This document shows, in pieces, positions 8,665 to 16,920 of a stretch of 64,000 nucleotides of DNA. The notes under the pieces are model-generated. The model saw only the letters and a list, made by a program, of their open reading frames with translations, made no database searches and was not told the DNA's origin. Position 1 is the stretch's first letter; each line of letters starts with the position of its first letter. Where the stretch lies: assembly GCA_026395995.1 (NCBI GenBank), contig JAPLXQ010000006.1, positions 18,983-82,982 of the forward strand. The letters run 5' to 3'. The DNA is from Candidatus Nomurabacteria bacterium. Lineage in GTDB: Bacteria; Patescibacteriota; Minisyncoccia; Phycocordibacterales; UBA9973. Position numbers and translations under genes: made by a program.

Positions 8665-10161
8665 ATGAAAAATAATGAATATTTCCCTCGATTTATCGCC
8701 AAATGGATTAAACATCCTCAAGGCATACAAGTATATGCTCTTAAAGAAAGCATAACACTTGAAGAAATGAATGTACAGGCTATTTCTTCAATAGAAAAAA
8801 TATGTTCAGGTAAGAACAATCTTGATGAAGTGATCCGTAAATTGTCACTTAAATGGGACAAGGATGATATAGTGACATTGATTTATCTTTTCATTGAAAA
8901 GCAAATTATTGTTAATAATAAAGAAGTAAATCCTTTAGTTAAGGGTTGTAAGTTAAAAAAAATAGAGACCCTTTTACCAAACCAAGAAACAGTTGATATT
9001 TTAAATCTACCATATCAAGTTATTTACGGGAGAGCTGGTTCTGATATTTGGTCTTCAGGGAAAGATATAGATATTAATATTGCTACAAATAAAATGATTT
9101 CTGAAATTGCTGAATGGAATGCATGGAATTTTCCAAAAAAAGAATGTACTCTTTTTGGGTCATTTGAAAGTCTTGCTAGTAAAAACATACTAGTACCACC
9201 TAGTGATATTATTAATTATGCTGATTTTCAATATAGTGATATTTTATTTCCTTATAAAATATTCAATCCACTATCAAATTATAATTGGATTTGTGCAAAA
9301 AATTTTATAAATAACGAGAAGGTTTTTATATTCTCTGAACATATTCTTTTTACGCAAAATCCAATATATGTTGCTAATACATCGTCTGGTTGTTCAGCTC
9401 ATGTTAATAAAAATAAAGCTATTCATCATGCTGTGCATGAATTAATCGAAAGAGACGCTTTTATGATTTACTGGTTAAATAAGTTAGATCGACCTAGAAT
9501 TAATTTAAATTCATTACCAGAAAGTATTATATTTCGAGTAAAAAATATTCAAAATCTTGGATACCGTCTTACTATTAATGACATCAGTATGGGGATTGCT
9601 CCAGTTATTATGGTTGCTTTGCAAGATATAGATGGTTGTTATGTAACTTCTGGATTAGCTTCATTGTATGACTTCGAGGCCATGTTTAGCTCTGCATTAT
9701 CAGAAGTCGAGGTTAGTCTACTTCATATTTTGAATAGTAAAAAGATTGTACAAAAAAAATTGAAACCAGAAACAGTGAAATCTCTTGTTCAACATGAAGA
9801 GTTACATCAGCAAATAATGTATCAAAAAGAAACTTCATTCATATTTGAATCAAGTAAAGAAATTTCTTTTAAAAACTTTATGATAGCTTATAAGGATGAA
9901 AAAAATATCATCAAAACGATATTAGACAAAGGTTTTGATTTGTATGTTGTTGATGCAACAGATTGGGAGATTGATGTTTTACTACCAGAACATCGTCATA
10001 TTGTTCGAGCTATTATTCCAGGTCTTGTACCGTTATCTTTTGGTTATCACAAAGAACCATTAGGTATGTCTAGGATTTATGAAGTGCCTGTTCAGTTAGG
10101 TTTTCGTAGTAATACTATCTCGTATCAAGAGCTGAATAGATTTCCTCATCCGTTTAATTAA
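8665..10161 (+). CDS. RRE (PqqD-like) - YcaO fusion protein; predicted ATP-dependent peptide cyclodehydratase/backbone-modifying enzyme of a RiPP-type pathway
   Basis: N-terminal ~100 aa fits the PqqD/RRE pattern (ITLEEMNVQAISSIEKICSGKNNLDEVIRKLSLKWDKDDIVTLIYLFIEKQIIV). YcaO motifs follow: YGRAGSDIWSSGKDIDINIATNKMISEIAEWNAW and SSGCSAHVNKNKAIHHAVHELIERDAF (the ExxER ATP/Mg site). The C-terminus ends ...RFPHPFN, a PxP-type Pro-rich tail like that of azoline-forming YcaOs. Confidence 0.75.
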   Translation: MKNNEYFPRFIAKWIKHPQGIQVYALKESITLEEMNVQAISSIEKICSGKNNLDEVIRKLSLKWDKDDIVTLIYLFIEKQIIVNNKEVNPLVKGCKLKKIETLLPNQETVDILNLPYQVIYGRAGSDIWSSGKDIDINIATNKMISEIAEWNAWNFPKKECTLFGSFESLASKNILVPPSDIINYADFQYSDILFPYKIFNPLSNYNWICAKNFINNEKVFIFSEHILFTQNPIYVANTSSGCSAHVNKNKAIHHAVHELIERDAFMIYWLNKLDRPRINLNSLPESIIFRVKNIQNLGYRLTINDISMGIAPVIMVALQDIDGCYVTSGLASLYDFEAMFSSALSEVEVSLLHILNSKKIVQKKLKPETVKSLVQHEELHQQIMYQKETSFIFESSKEISFKNFMIAYKDEKNIIKTILDKGFDLYVVDATDWEIDVLLPEHRHIVRAIIPGLVPLSFGYHKEPLGMSRIYEVPVQLGFRSNTISYQELNRFPHPFN

Positions 10162-10169
10162 AACAACTT

Positions 10170-10201
10170 ACACCCAGCCAAATATCATCTGGGTGTTTTT
10201 A
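10170..10201 (+). terminator. Rho-independent terminator after the YcaO gene (ACACCCAG ccaaatatcat CTGGGTGT + TTTTTA)
   Basis: 8-bp perfect stem plus T-run, read directly 9 nt after the stop codon. Confidence 0.65.
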
Positions 10202-10202
10202 T

Positions 10203-11072
10203 TTGCTGATTTTTACAGGGGATTATGATATTATTAATACTATGTCAGAAGAAAATCAGAAAATTTCAATCGGGGATTATGATACTATAATGAATGATAG
10301 AAATATCTTTAATCAGATAGTGTATACACCGCTTTCTGAAGCGCTTAGGCTTCTCGAAGAAAGACAAAAAGATCCAGTATTAATGGCAAAAATTGAAGAA
10401 TTACTTAATGGTGATATTCCAGAAGTTTTGAAACCTATTGGTAAATATGCAGTTCAATTTAGACAAATTGCAACACCCAACAATGAATGTAAGTATTTTC
10501 TAAAGATTTCTAATAATTTCGGCTTAACTCCAACACTCATGGAATACCATAGTGATAAATTTTCTTCTAATAATTTTTTTAAACGTTCCCTAGGTCAATT
10601 ACACATACAAGGACCTATAAATAAAAAAAATGAATACCAGATTGAAAAAATTACCATTATGGATTTTAATAAACATAATGGTAAAAAATTAAATGAAGTT
10701 GTTACCCATTGGAACGAATCAATCATTGATTTCCATAGAAAATTATTTAATATATGTGACTTAAATACTAAAGAATGTAATTTTTATGACACTTCGGAAT
10801 GGATTAATAATCACGGATCTAGTCCAGAGGAATATTATAAACAATTCCTTATTTTATTTGTTTGTCATGGAATTTTATTTGAAAATTTTCTTTTAAACAA
10901 AGAAGAAAGTTCTTTTATTAAAAATGTAATTTTACCAGCATTAGAAGATGTTATAAATTTAACAGGAGTAAAACCACTAATTGTACCCGGTTCTCCTATT
11001 GATATTGAAGATGAAAATTTCTGGGTTCTATATCATCCAAATATTAAGACTATAATTCAAAATGAAAAATAA
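10203..11072 (+). CDS. Hypothetical protein (289 aa) with no recognisable motif; first gene of a tightly packed 4-gene unit with the SET protein, a Cys-rich protein and a histidine kinase. The true start may be the internal MSEENQK
   Basis: ORF only. Overlaps the next gene by 11 nt. Asn/Lys/Ile-rich. No assignable domain by eye. Confidence 0.35.
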   Translation: MLIFTGDYDIINTMSEENQKISIGDYDTIMNDRNIFNQIVYTPLSEALRLLEERQKDPVLMAKIEELLNGDIPEVLKPIGKYAVQFRQIATPNNECKYFLKISNNFGLTPTLMEYHSDKFSSNNFFKRSLGQLHIQGPINKKNEYQIEKITIMDFNKHNGKKLNEVVTHWNESIIDFHRKLFNICDLNTKECNFYDTSEWINNHGSSPEEYYKQFLILFVCHGILFENFLLNKEESSFIKNVILPALEDVINLTGVKPLIVPGSPIDIEDENFWVLYHPNIKTIIQNEK

Positions 11073-11616
11073 AACACCAAAGTTAAAAAAGAAAAGTACA
11101 GGTAAATATGGTAATGGTTTTTACGCTGATGAAGACATAAAAAAGGGGACTATAATCCATATGTTTACAGGGAAAAGAATGGATGTAAAAGAATTAGTTC
11201 AAAAAGTTAATTCTAACAAAGAAAATATTGATGACCCATTTCAAATAGGCAAAAGAACATATATTGACTTAGACGAAGTATCTAGAACATTTAATCATAG
11301 TTGTGACCCTAATTGTGGGATAAGAAAAGTTGGTGAAATGTTTTCCTTAAGAGATATTAAAAAAGGAGAAGAAATTACTTATGATTATTCATTAACTATA
11401 GCACCTACAGAATGGAAAATGAAATGTTTGTGTAAAAGTAAAAATTGTCGTAAAATATTAGGAGATATAAATTCTGTATCAAAAAAACAATTAGATTCTT
11501 ACAAGAAATTTGGAGCTTTGCAAAACTACATGAAGAAACTATTAAAAGAAATAGAAAGTGGTAATTACAAAGTACCAAAATATGAAATTGAAGCTTTAAA
11601 CAGTCTTAAAATATAG
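11062..11616 (+). CDS. SET-domain protein lysine methyltransferase (with post-SET Cys cluster)
   Basis: GNGFYADEDIKKGTII (SET N-region), RTFNHSCDPNCGIR (the canonical NHSCxPN motif), EEITYDYS (ELxF/YDY motif) and post-SET CLCKSKNCRKILG. Confidence 0.8.
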   Translation: MKNKTPKLKKKSTGKYGNGFYADEDIKKGTIIHMFTGKRMDVKELVQKVNSNKENIDDPFQIGKRTYIDLDEVSRTFNHSCDPNCGIRKVGEMFSLRDIKKGEEITYDYSLTIAPTEWKMKCLCKSKNCRKILGDINSVSKKQLDSYKKFGALQNYMKKLLKEIESGNYKVPKYEIEALNSLKI

Positions 11617-11667
11617 TAAGTTATTTTTTATAAATATTAAATATGTTAAAATAATAATAAGTTAAAA

Positions 11668-12024
11668 ATGAAAAAAAATACCAAAGCCATTATTGTAATA
11701 ATCCCGATTTTATTTTTAGTAATATTTAGTTATAGGTATTATCAATATATAATTCAAAAAAACTATATATTAGAAGTTAATACTATTTGTAATTCTGAAA
11801 TAGAAAACTGTTTTGATTCTTCAGATTTAAGTTTTGGTCAAAATCCTTATAAAAAAGTAAGAGTTTTAGATAAATATGCTCCTAAATGTCTCGAAGAACA
11901 TAATTGTGATAGCTTTTATTGTCCTGTTAGCCTAGGTAAAGATAAATGTGAAATTACTTACTGTTCAGATGAAACAAAAGTCGATGGGGAAGGTTGCACA
12001 AATAAAATAATAACTAATCAATAA
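11668..12024 (+). CDS. Small Cys-rich secreted or membrane-anchored protein (10 Cys in the ~85-aa extracytoplasmic part)
   Basis: N-terminal hydrophobic anchor AIIVIIPILFLVIFSY. Then CNSEIENCFDSSD...KCLEEHNCDSFYCPVSLGKDKCEITYCSDETKVDGEGC, consistent with a disulfide-rich fold. Confidence 0.45.
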   Translation: MKKNTKAIIVIIPILFLVIFSYRYYQYIIQKNYILEVNTICNSEIENCFDSSDLSFGQNPYKKVRVLDKYAPKCLEEHNCDSFYCPVSLGKDKCEITYCSDETKVDGEGCTNKIITNQ

Positions 12025-12026
12025 AA

Positions 12027-13757
12027 ATGCTATCTCATTTCATAAATATTCAATATTGTTATACATATCTTATTGACCAGACACCTGTAAGTCTTTTGTT
12101 ATACTCACATATACCTACAGCTATACTTGCTTTATTTTTTGGTATTTTTATTTTTCTAAAAAATAGAAGCCAGCAAGGTTTTGCTCTGTTAATGATTTGT
12201 ATATCTTTTGCTCTTTGGTGTCTTTTTGATCTGAGTTCTTGGTTTTCTTTTATTGGATCTGGGAATACCATGCTTGCATGGTCACTATTAGATTTAATTT
12301 CATTAATTATGTTCTTCTTTTCTTATTACTTTCTATATACTTTTATTACAGAAAAGGATTTTCCTATTTGGCAATGGTTTGTTGGATTTATTTTAATACT
12401 ACCTACGGCCGTTTGGACATTGTTAGGTAAAAATTTACCTAACTATGATTCAAATAACTGTCAAGCAATAGAAAATACTAAAATTACTGGTTACCTATTT
12501 TATATTTTAGGTCTATTTATAATAATTTCTTCTGTATTTTCTATATATCAGTATATGAAAAATAAAGAAAATTTTGAAAAAAGAAAAAAGATTTTACTAG
12601 TTGGGAGCGGTATAATATTATTTTTAATTTTCTTTTTTTCAGCATTATTAGCTGTTAATTTATTAGCAAATAGTGATTCATCTGGATATGTCTATAACTA
12701 TGAAATTTATGGTTTGTTTGGAATGCCGATATTGCTTATATTCTTAGGTTATCTTGTTATAAAATTCAAGGCATTTAATGTAAAACTTATTTCAGCTCAA
12801 GCATTAATATTTGCCTTGATAACTTTGATAGGTTCTCAGTTTTTGTTTATTACAAGTACAGTAAACTTTATATTAAATGGGGTCACATTTATCGGAGTAG
12901 TAATTTTTGGAATTTTCCTTATTGAATCTGTTAAAAAAGAAGTAAGACAAAAAGAATATTTAGAAAAACTAACAATAGAATTAAACGATTCAAAAATGCG
13001 ACTTGAGGATACAAATATCAAGCTTGAAAGTGCAAATGACAAACTTCAATCTCTCGATAAATTAAAGACAGAGTTCCTTTCACTCGCTTCACACCAGCTT
13101 CGTAGTCCTTTGACAGCTATTACAGGCTATACATCGATGCTACTCGATGGATCATTTGGAAAAATGGATGACAAGCAGAAGGAAGCTATTGACCGTGTGT
13201 ATCAATCTAGTCGTCATCTCTCTACTACAGTGGAAGATTTGTTGAACGTGACAAAGATCGAGCAAGGTGGAATGCAATACGTGATGGCAGATTTTGATTT
13301 TGAAAAAGCTGCTCAAGATTTAGCCAAAGATTTATCCGTCACTGCTGAGAAAAAAGGTTTGAAGCTCACTTTCAAGACAGATAAAAAATCTCCATATACA
13401 GTAAAAGGTGATATGGAAAAAATCCGTCAGGTTATTTTGAATTTTATAGATAACTCTATTAAATATACGAAAAAGGGAAGTATTCATGTACTTATATCAA
13501 AAGATGAAGATAAGAAAAAAATTCGTCTTTCTATTACCGATACAGGTATGGGTATGACTCCAGAGATAAAAGCAAAATTATTCCAAAAATTCTCTCGTGC
13601 TGAAGGAGCAAAAATGAATGCTGGAGGTTCTGGTCTCGGTCTCTATCTAGCAAAGAAAATCATTGAAGAAGGGCATCATGGTGCTGTAGGTGTCGATTCT
13701 GATGGTACAGACCTAGGTTCCACCTTCTGGATGGAATTGGATGAGGCTACAAACTAA
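12027..13757 (+). CDS. Sensor histidine kinase with N-terminal multi-pass (7TM-type) membrane domain, HisKA and HATPase_c; no cognate response regulator in the window
   Basis: About 7 hydrophobic helices in the first 300 aa; a coiled-coil linker; the H-box FLSLASHQLRSPLTAITGY; the N-box NFIDNSIKYT; G-boxes DTGMGM and GGSGLGLYLAKKI. Confidence 0.85.
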   Translation: MLSHFINIQYCYTYLIDQTPVSLLLYSHIPTAILALFFGIFIFLKNRSQQGFALLMICISFALWCLFDLSSWFSFIGSGNTMLAWSLLDLISLIMFFFSYYFLYTFITEKDFPIWQWFVGFILILPTAVWTLLGKNLPNYDSNNCQAIENTKITGYLFYILGLFIIISSVFSIYQYMKNKENFEKRKKILLVGSGIILFLIFFFSALLAVNLLANSDSSGYVYNYEIYGLFGMPILLIFLGYLVIKFKAFNVKLISAQALIFALITLIGSQFLFITSTVNFILNGVTFIGVVIFGIFLIESVKKEVRQKEYLEKLTIELNDSKMRLEDTNIKLESANDKLQSLDKLKTEFLSLASHQLRSPLTAITGYTSMLLDGSFGKMDDKQKEAIDRVYQSSRHLSTTVEDLLNVTKIEQGGMQYVMADFDFEKAAQDLAKDLSVTAEKKGLKLTFKTDKKSPYTVKGDMEKIRQVILNFIDNSIKYTKKGSIHVLISKDEDKKKIRLSITDTGMGMTPEIKAKLFQKFSRAEGAKMNAGGSGLGLYLAKKIIEEGHHGAVGVDSDGTDLGSTFWMELDEATN

Positions 13758-15151
13758 ATTTTAAAAATTTTATAACCTTCAGGAATGTCTTTTATTTCAT
13801 AACCAAGTGAATTTATTTTTTCGCGGAGGTCGTCTGACTTTTGGAAATCTTTATTTTTGCGAGCTTGTTCGCGTTCTTCGGCGAAAGCTGTCACTTCATC
13901 TGATATATTATCTTCTTTTAATTTATCTAAACCGAGACCTAGTACTTTATCAAAATCTAACAAGGTAGTTTTTTTATCAGCATTTGAGACTTTTTCATCT
14001 TTCAATATATCCCATATTAAAGTCAAAGCTTTTGGAGTATCTAAATCATCTGCGATATATTCTTTAAACTTGTTTTGATAGTCAGAATTTGCTACTCCAA
14101 GGTCACTTCCAAGGTCTATATAAGCCCTAAAAAGCCGTTTTAAGGCTGTTTGAGCACCTTCGAGGGCCTCATAGTTGAAATTCATTTTAGTTCGATAATT
14201 ACCCATTAAAAGCCAAAAACGATAGGCGAGTGGATTGATGTCTTTTTCTTCTAAAAGTTTTAAACGTAAAAAATTATCACCTGATTTTGCCATCTTTTCT
14301 CCAGCCATATCGAGGTGTTCATGATGAAGCCAATATTTTACAAAAGGACTTTTACCTGTAGCACATTCAGATTGAGCAATTTCATTTGTATGATGCACTG
14401 GTATATGGTCGATACCTCCAGTATGAATGTCGAATTGTTCACCTAAAAATTTTATTCCCATAGCAGAACATTCTATATGCCAACCAGGAAAACCCTGGCC
14501 CCAAGGTGAAGGATATCCGATTTTCGGATCAAATTTCCACAAAGCAAAATCTGCAGTATTATGTTTTTCAGAATTTAGGCCTATTCTAGATTCCTCGTCT
14601 TCATTTTTTTGAATTCCATTTCTTAATACTCCATATTCAGGGAATTTTTCTGTATCAAAATAGATTCCATCAGTGATCTTATAAGTAAAACCATTTTTCT
14701 CTAATCTTTGAATAAGTTCGACATCTTCATTAATATAATCTGAAGCAAAAGCGAGAACGCTCGGTGTGAGAATATTTAATTTTTGTAAATCTTCTTTAAA
14801 TCTGTCTGTGTAGAACTCAGCAAGCAAACGCATGTTTTGTAAATTTAATTCTTTACCTTCACGAAGCAAACCTTTTGTCATTTTATCATCACCAGAATCC
14901 GCATCACTAGCAAGGTGGCCAATATCTGTAATATTTATGACTTGTTTTACGTTGTAGTCAAAATATTTTAGAGCTCGGCGAAGAGTGTCGGCAAAGACAT
15001 ACGAGCGTAGATTACCTATGTGAGCGTAATTATAAACTGTAGGCCCGCAAGTATACATACGAACTTCTTTTGGGTCTATTGGTGAAAAATCTTCCTTTGC
15101 TCTCGTAAGAGTATTATATAATTTGATATTCATTTTATTATTTAAAACCAT
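13754..15151 (-). CDS. cysS: Cysteinyl-tRNA synthetase
   Basis: MYTCGPTVYNYAHIGNLRSY (HIGH-type motif), KMAKSGDN (KMSKS motif), and a Cys-binding region. 465 aa. Confidence 0.9.
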   Translation of the reverse strand: MVLNNKMNIKLYNTLTRAKEDFSPIDPKEVRMYTCGPTVYNYAHIGNLRSYVFADTLRRALKYFDYNVKQVINITDIGHLASDADSGDDKMTKGLLREGKELNLQNMRLLAEFYTDRFKEDLQKLNILTPSVLAFASDYINEDVELIQRLEKNGFTYKITDGIYFDTEKFPEYGVLRNGIQKNEDEESRIGLNSEKHNTADFALWKFDPKIGYPSPWGQGFPGWHIECSAMGIKFLGEQFDIHTGGIDHIPVHHTNEIAQSECATGKSPFVKYWLHHEHLDMAGEKMAKSGDNFLRLKLLEEKDINPLAYRFWLLMGNYRTKMNFNYEALEGAQTALKRLFRAYIDLGSDLGVANSDYQNKFKEYIADDLDTPKALTLIWDILKDEKVSNADKKTTLLDFDKVLGLGLDKLKEDNISDEVTAFAEEREQARKNKDFQKSDDLREKINSLGYEIKDIPEGYKIFKI

Positions 15152-16062
15152 TTTTTAGCCTTGAAGAAGACAAATACTGCAATACTAGTTACCAACATTG
15201 ACCCTAATATTATATAAAATTGACCCATTCCATGAATAAGCACAAAGTCTGTATTCATCATAAAGATACTAGATATAACACTAACAGGTGAAATAAGGAA
15301 AGTAATAATTGTCAGTATCTTCATTGTATCGTTGGTTTTATTTGCTAGCAATGAATCGTTTGTCTCACGTAAGTCGACAATCGTTTCTTTGTAAGAATCC
15401 ATAGCACTTTTTATTTTATTATATTCACCTGTAATAGCTTCTAATTGAAAAATAAATTCTGGTTCAAAAAATTTCTTACCAGCGGATTCAAAAGATTTCA
15501 AAGCTTCATAATGATAACGCATTGCTTGTTTGAAATTTAATAATTTTCTATTTGCTTCAGAGATTATTCTGACAGTATCTTTCTCACGACCTCCAAAAAT
15601 ATCTTGCTCTATCTTTTTTAGTTCAGGATGAAGAGCTTCTAAATCTTTAGCGACATTTCTATATAGTTCTCGGATGATATGGTAGAACAAATAACCAGCA
15701 TGATCTTCTTTTGCATCTTTACCTTCTTTATTCAATAAAGCACGAACTTCAAATTTCTTGAAAAATTCATGAAGGGGATTTACTAATTCATAATGAATAG
15801 TAATAAGGAATTTTTGACCGACGACGAAATCTATCTCTTGCTCTGTTTTACCATCCTTTTTCATATGATCAATAGGGAAGTGCAAAACTAAGTAAATCAA
15901 ATTATTATAGAGTTCCACTTTTGAACGCACTGTCTCTGTGATAAACTCTTCAGCGACCATTGGTGCTATTGAGTATTCATCTACCAAACTAGCTACTTCT
16001 TCGACTGTTGGGGATTGAAGATCAATCCAAGTAATGCCATTAAATGTGTATTTTGAAATCAT
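15142..16062 (-). CDS. CorA-family divalent cation (Mg2+/Co2+) transporter-like protein with a variant MMN loop motif
   Basis: Cytoplasmic N-domain plus two C-terminal TM helices with ...SIFMMNTDF... between them, in place of the canonical GMN. Roughly 300 aa, the typical size. Confidence 0.5.
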   Translation of the reverse strand: MISKYTFNGITWIDLQSPTVEEVASLVDEYSIAPMVAEEFITETVRSKVELYNNLIYLVLHFPIDHMKKDGKTEQEIDFVVGQKFLITIHYELVNPLHEFFKKFEVRALLNKEGKDAKEDHAGYLFYHIIRELYRNVAKDLEALHPELKKIEQDIFGGREKDTVRIISEANRKLLNFKQAMRYHYEALKSFESAGKKFFEPEFIFQLEAITGEYNKIKSAMDSYKETIVDLRETNDSLLANKTNDTMKILTIITFLISPVSVISSIFMMNTDFVLIHGMGQFYIILGSMLVTSIAVFVFFKAKKWF

Positions 16063-16099
16063 ACATCTATTATAATATTTTAAAGAAAATTTAGAAAGA

Positions 16100-16140
16100 C
16101 CCCCACCTCACTCTAACCCTCTCCTTATAAAGGAGAGGGA
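16100..16140. repeat. Degenerate intergenic copy of the GC-rich palindromic repeat family (CACCTCACTCTAA CCCTCTCC TTATAAAG GAGAGGG)
   Basis: Same architecture as the intragenic copies at 42072, 52348 and 54709 (lead sequence, 8-bp stem, 8-nt loop, complementary stem), with S to W substitutions. Confidence 0.45.
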
Positions 16141-16187
16141 AATATAAAGACTTGCATTTTAAAGCGTTTTCGTATAATATAGAACTT

Positions 16188-16505
16188 ATGGAATTCGCAG
16201 TTATAAAAACAGGTGGAAAACAATACAAAGTCGCTGTAGGCGATGTTGTTTCTATCGAGAAAATAAAGGGTGAATACGCAAAAGGAGATAAGGTCTCTTT
16301 TGATACTGTTATGCTCGTAGATAACGGAAAAGATACTGCTATCGGTATGCCTTTCATTTCTGGTGCCAAAGTAAATGCTGAAATTGTTGAAATCGGCCGT
16401 GCCCGCAAGGTTATGGTTATCAAATACAAACAAAAGTCTCGTTACCTCAAGAGAAACGGACACCGCCAACCATTCTTTAAAGTAAAAATCTTATCAATAG
16501 CATAA
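16188..16505 (+). CDS. rplU: 50S ribosomal protein L21
   Basis: MEFAVIKTGGKQYKVAVGDVVSIEKI...KVMVIKYKQKSRYLKRNGHRQPFFKVKI is a canonical bL21. The start was moved to the internal ATG at 16188, since the N-terminal extension of the 16152 ORF overlaps the upstream repeat. Confidence 0.9.
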   Translation: MEFAVIKTGGKQYKVAVGDVVSIEKIKGEYAKGDKVSFDTVMLVDNGKDTAIGMPFISGAKVNAEIVEIGRARKVMVIKYKQKSRYLKRNGHRQPFFKVKILSIA

Positions 16506-16534
16506 AAAATCCTTCAGCAATGAGGGATTTTTTG
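16506..16534 (+). terminator. Rho-independent terminator after rplU
   Basis: AATCCTTCAGCAATGAGGGATT hairpin followed by TTTTTG. Confidence 0.55.
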
Positions 16535-16605
16535 TTTGCCTGAATTTACTTGACTTTTTTAATTGTTAATATATAATAAAGAAAAACTTGTAAAAATTCA
16601 AAAGA

Positions 16606-16890
16606 ATGAAGACTAAAAAATCAAATGGACGTAAGTCCAAAATGGAAAAATACATAGATAAATTAAAAAAGATTATGATTAAGGAAATTCAAATGCTTCC
16701 TGATAATGTATTCAAGGAAGAACTTGATTTCGCTAATGCCTTAAATGATGAAATAAGAATGGAAGAATTTGCAAAAACACATGCAAAAGAAATAACATGG
16801 GTAATGGGTCAAATAGATGTGGAAAAAGTAATTAAAGAAGCTAGAAATCAACTTGCGTTAGAAACAAAAAAGAACAAAACTAAGAAATAA
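16606..16890 (+). CDS. Hypothetical Lys/Glu-rich small protein (not L27)
   Basis: ORF with a plausible promoter upstream (TTGACT-N16-TATAAT at 16550-16577) and a terminator downstream. No recognisable motif. Confidence 0.4.
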   Translation: MKTKKSNGRKSKMEKYIDKLKKIMIKEIQMLPDNVFKEELDFANALNDEIRMEEFAKTHAKEITWVMGQIDVEKVIKEARNQLALETKKNKTKK

Positions 16891-16892
16891 AA

Positions 16893-16920
16893 TAAAAATC
16901 CCGAATATTCGGGATTTTTT
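16893..16920. terminator. Bidirectional terminator AAATCCCGAATATTCGGGATTT flanked by A- and T-runs, between convergent genes
   Basis: Perfect 9-bp stem read directly. Confidence 0.75.
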
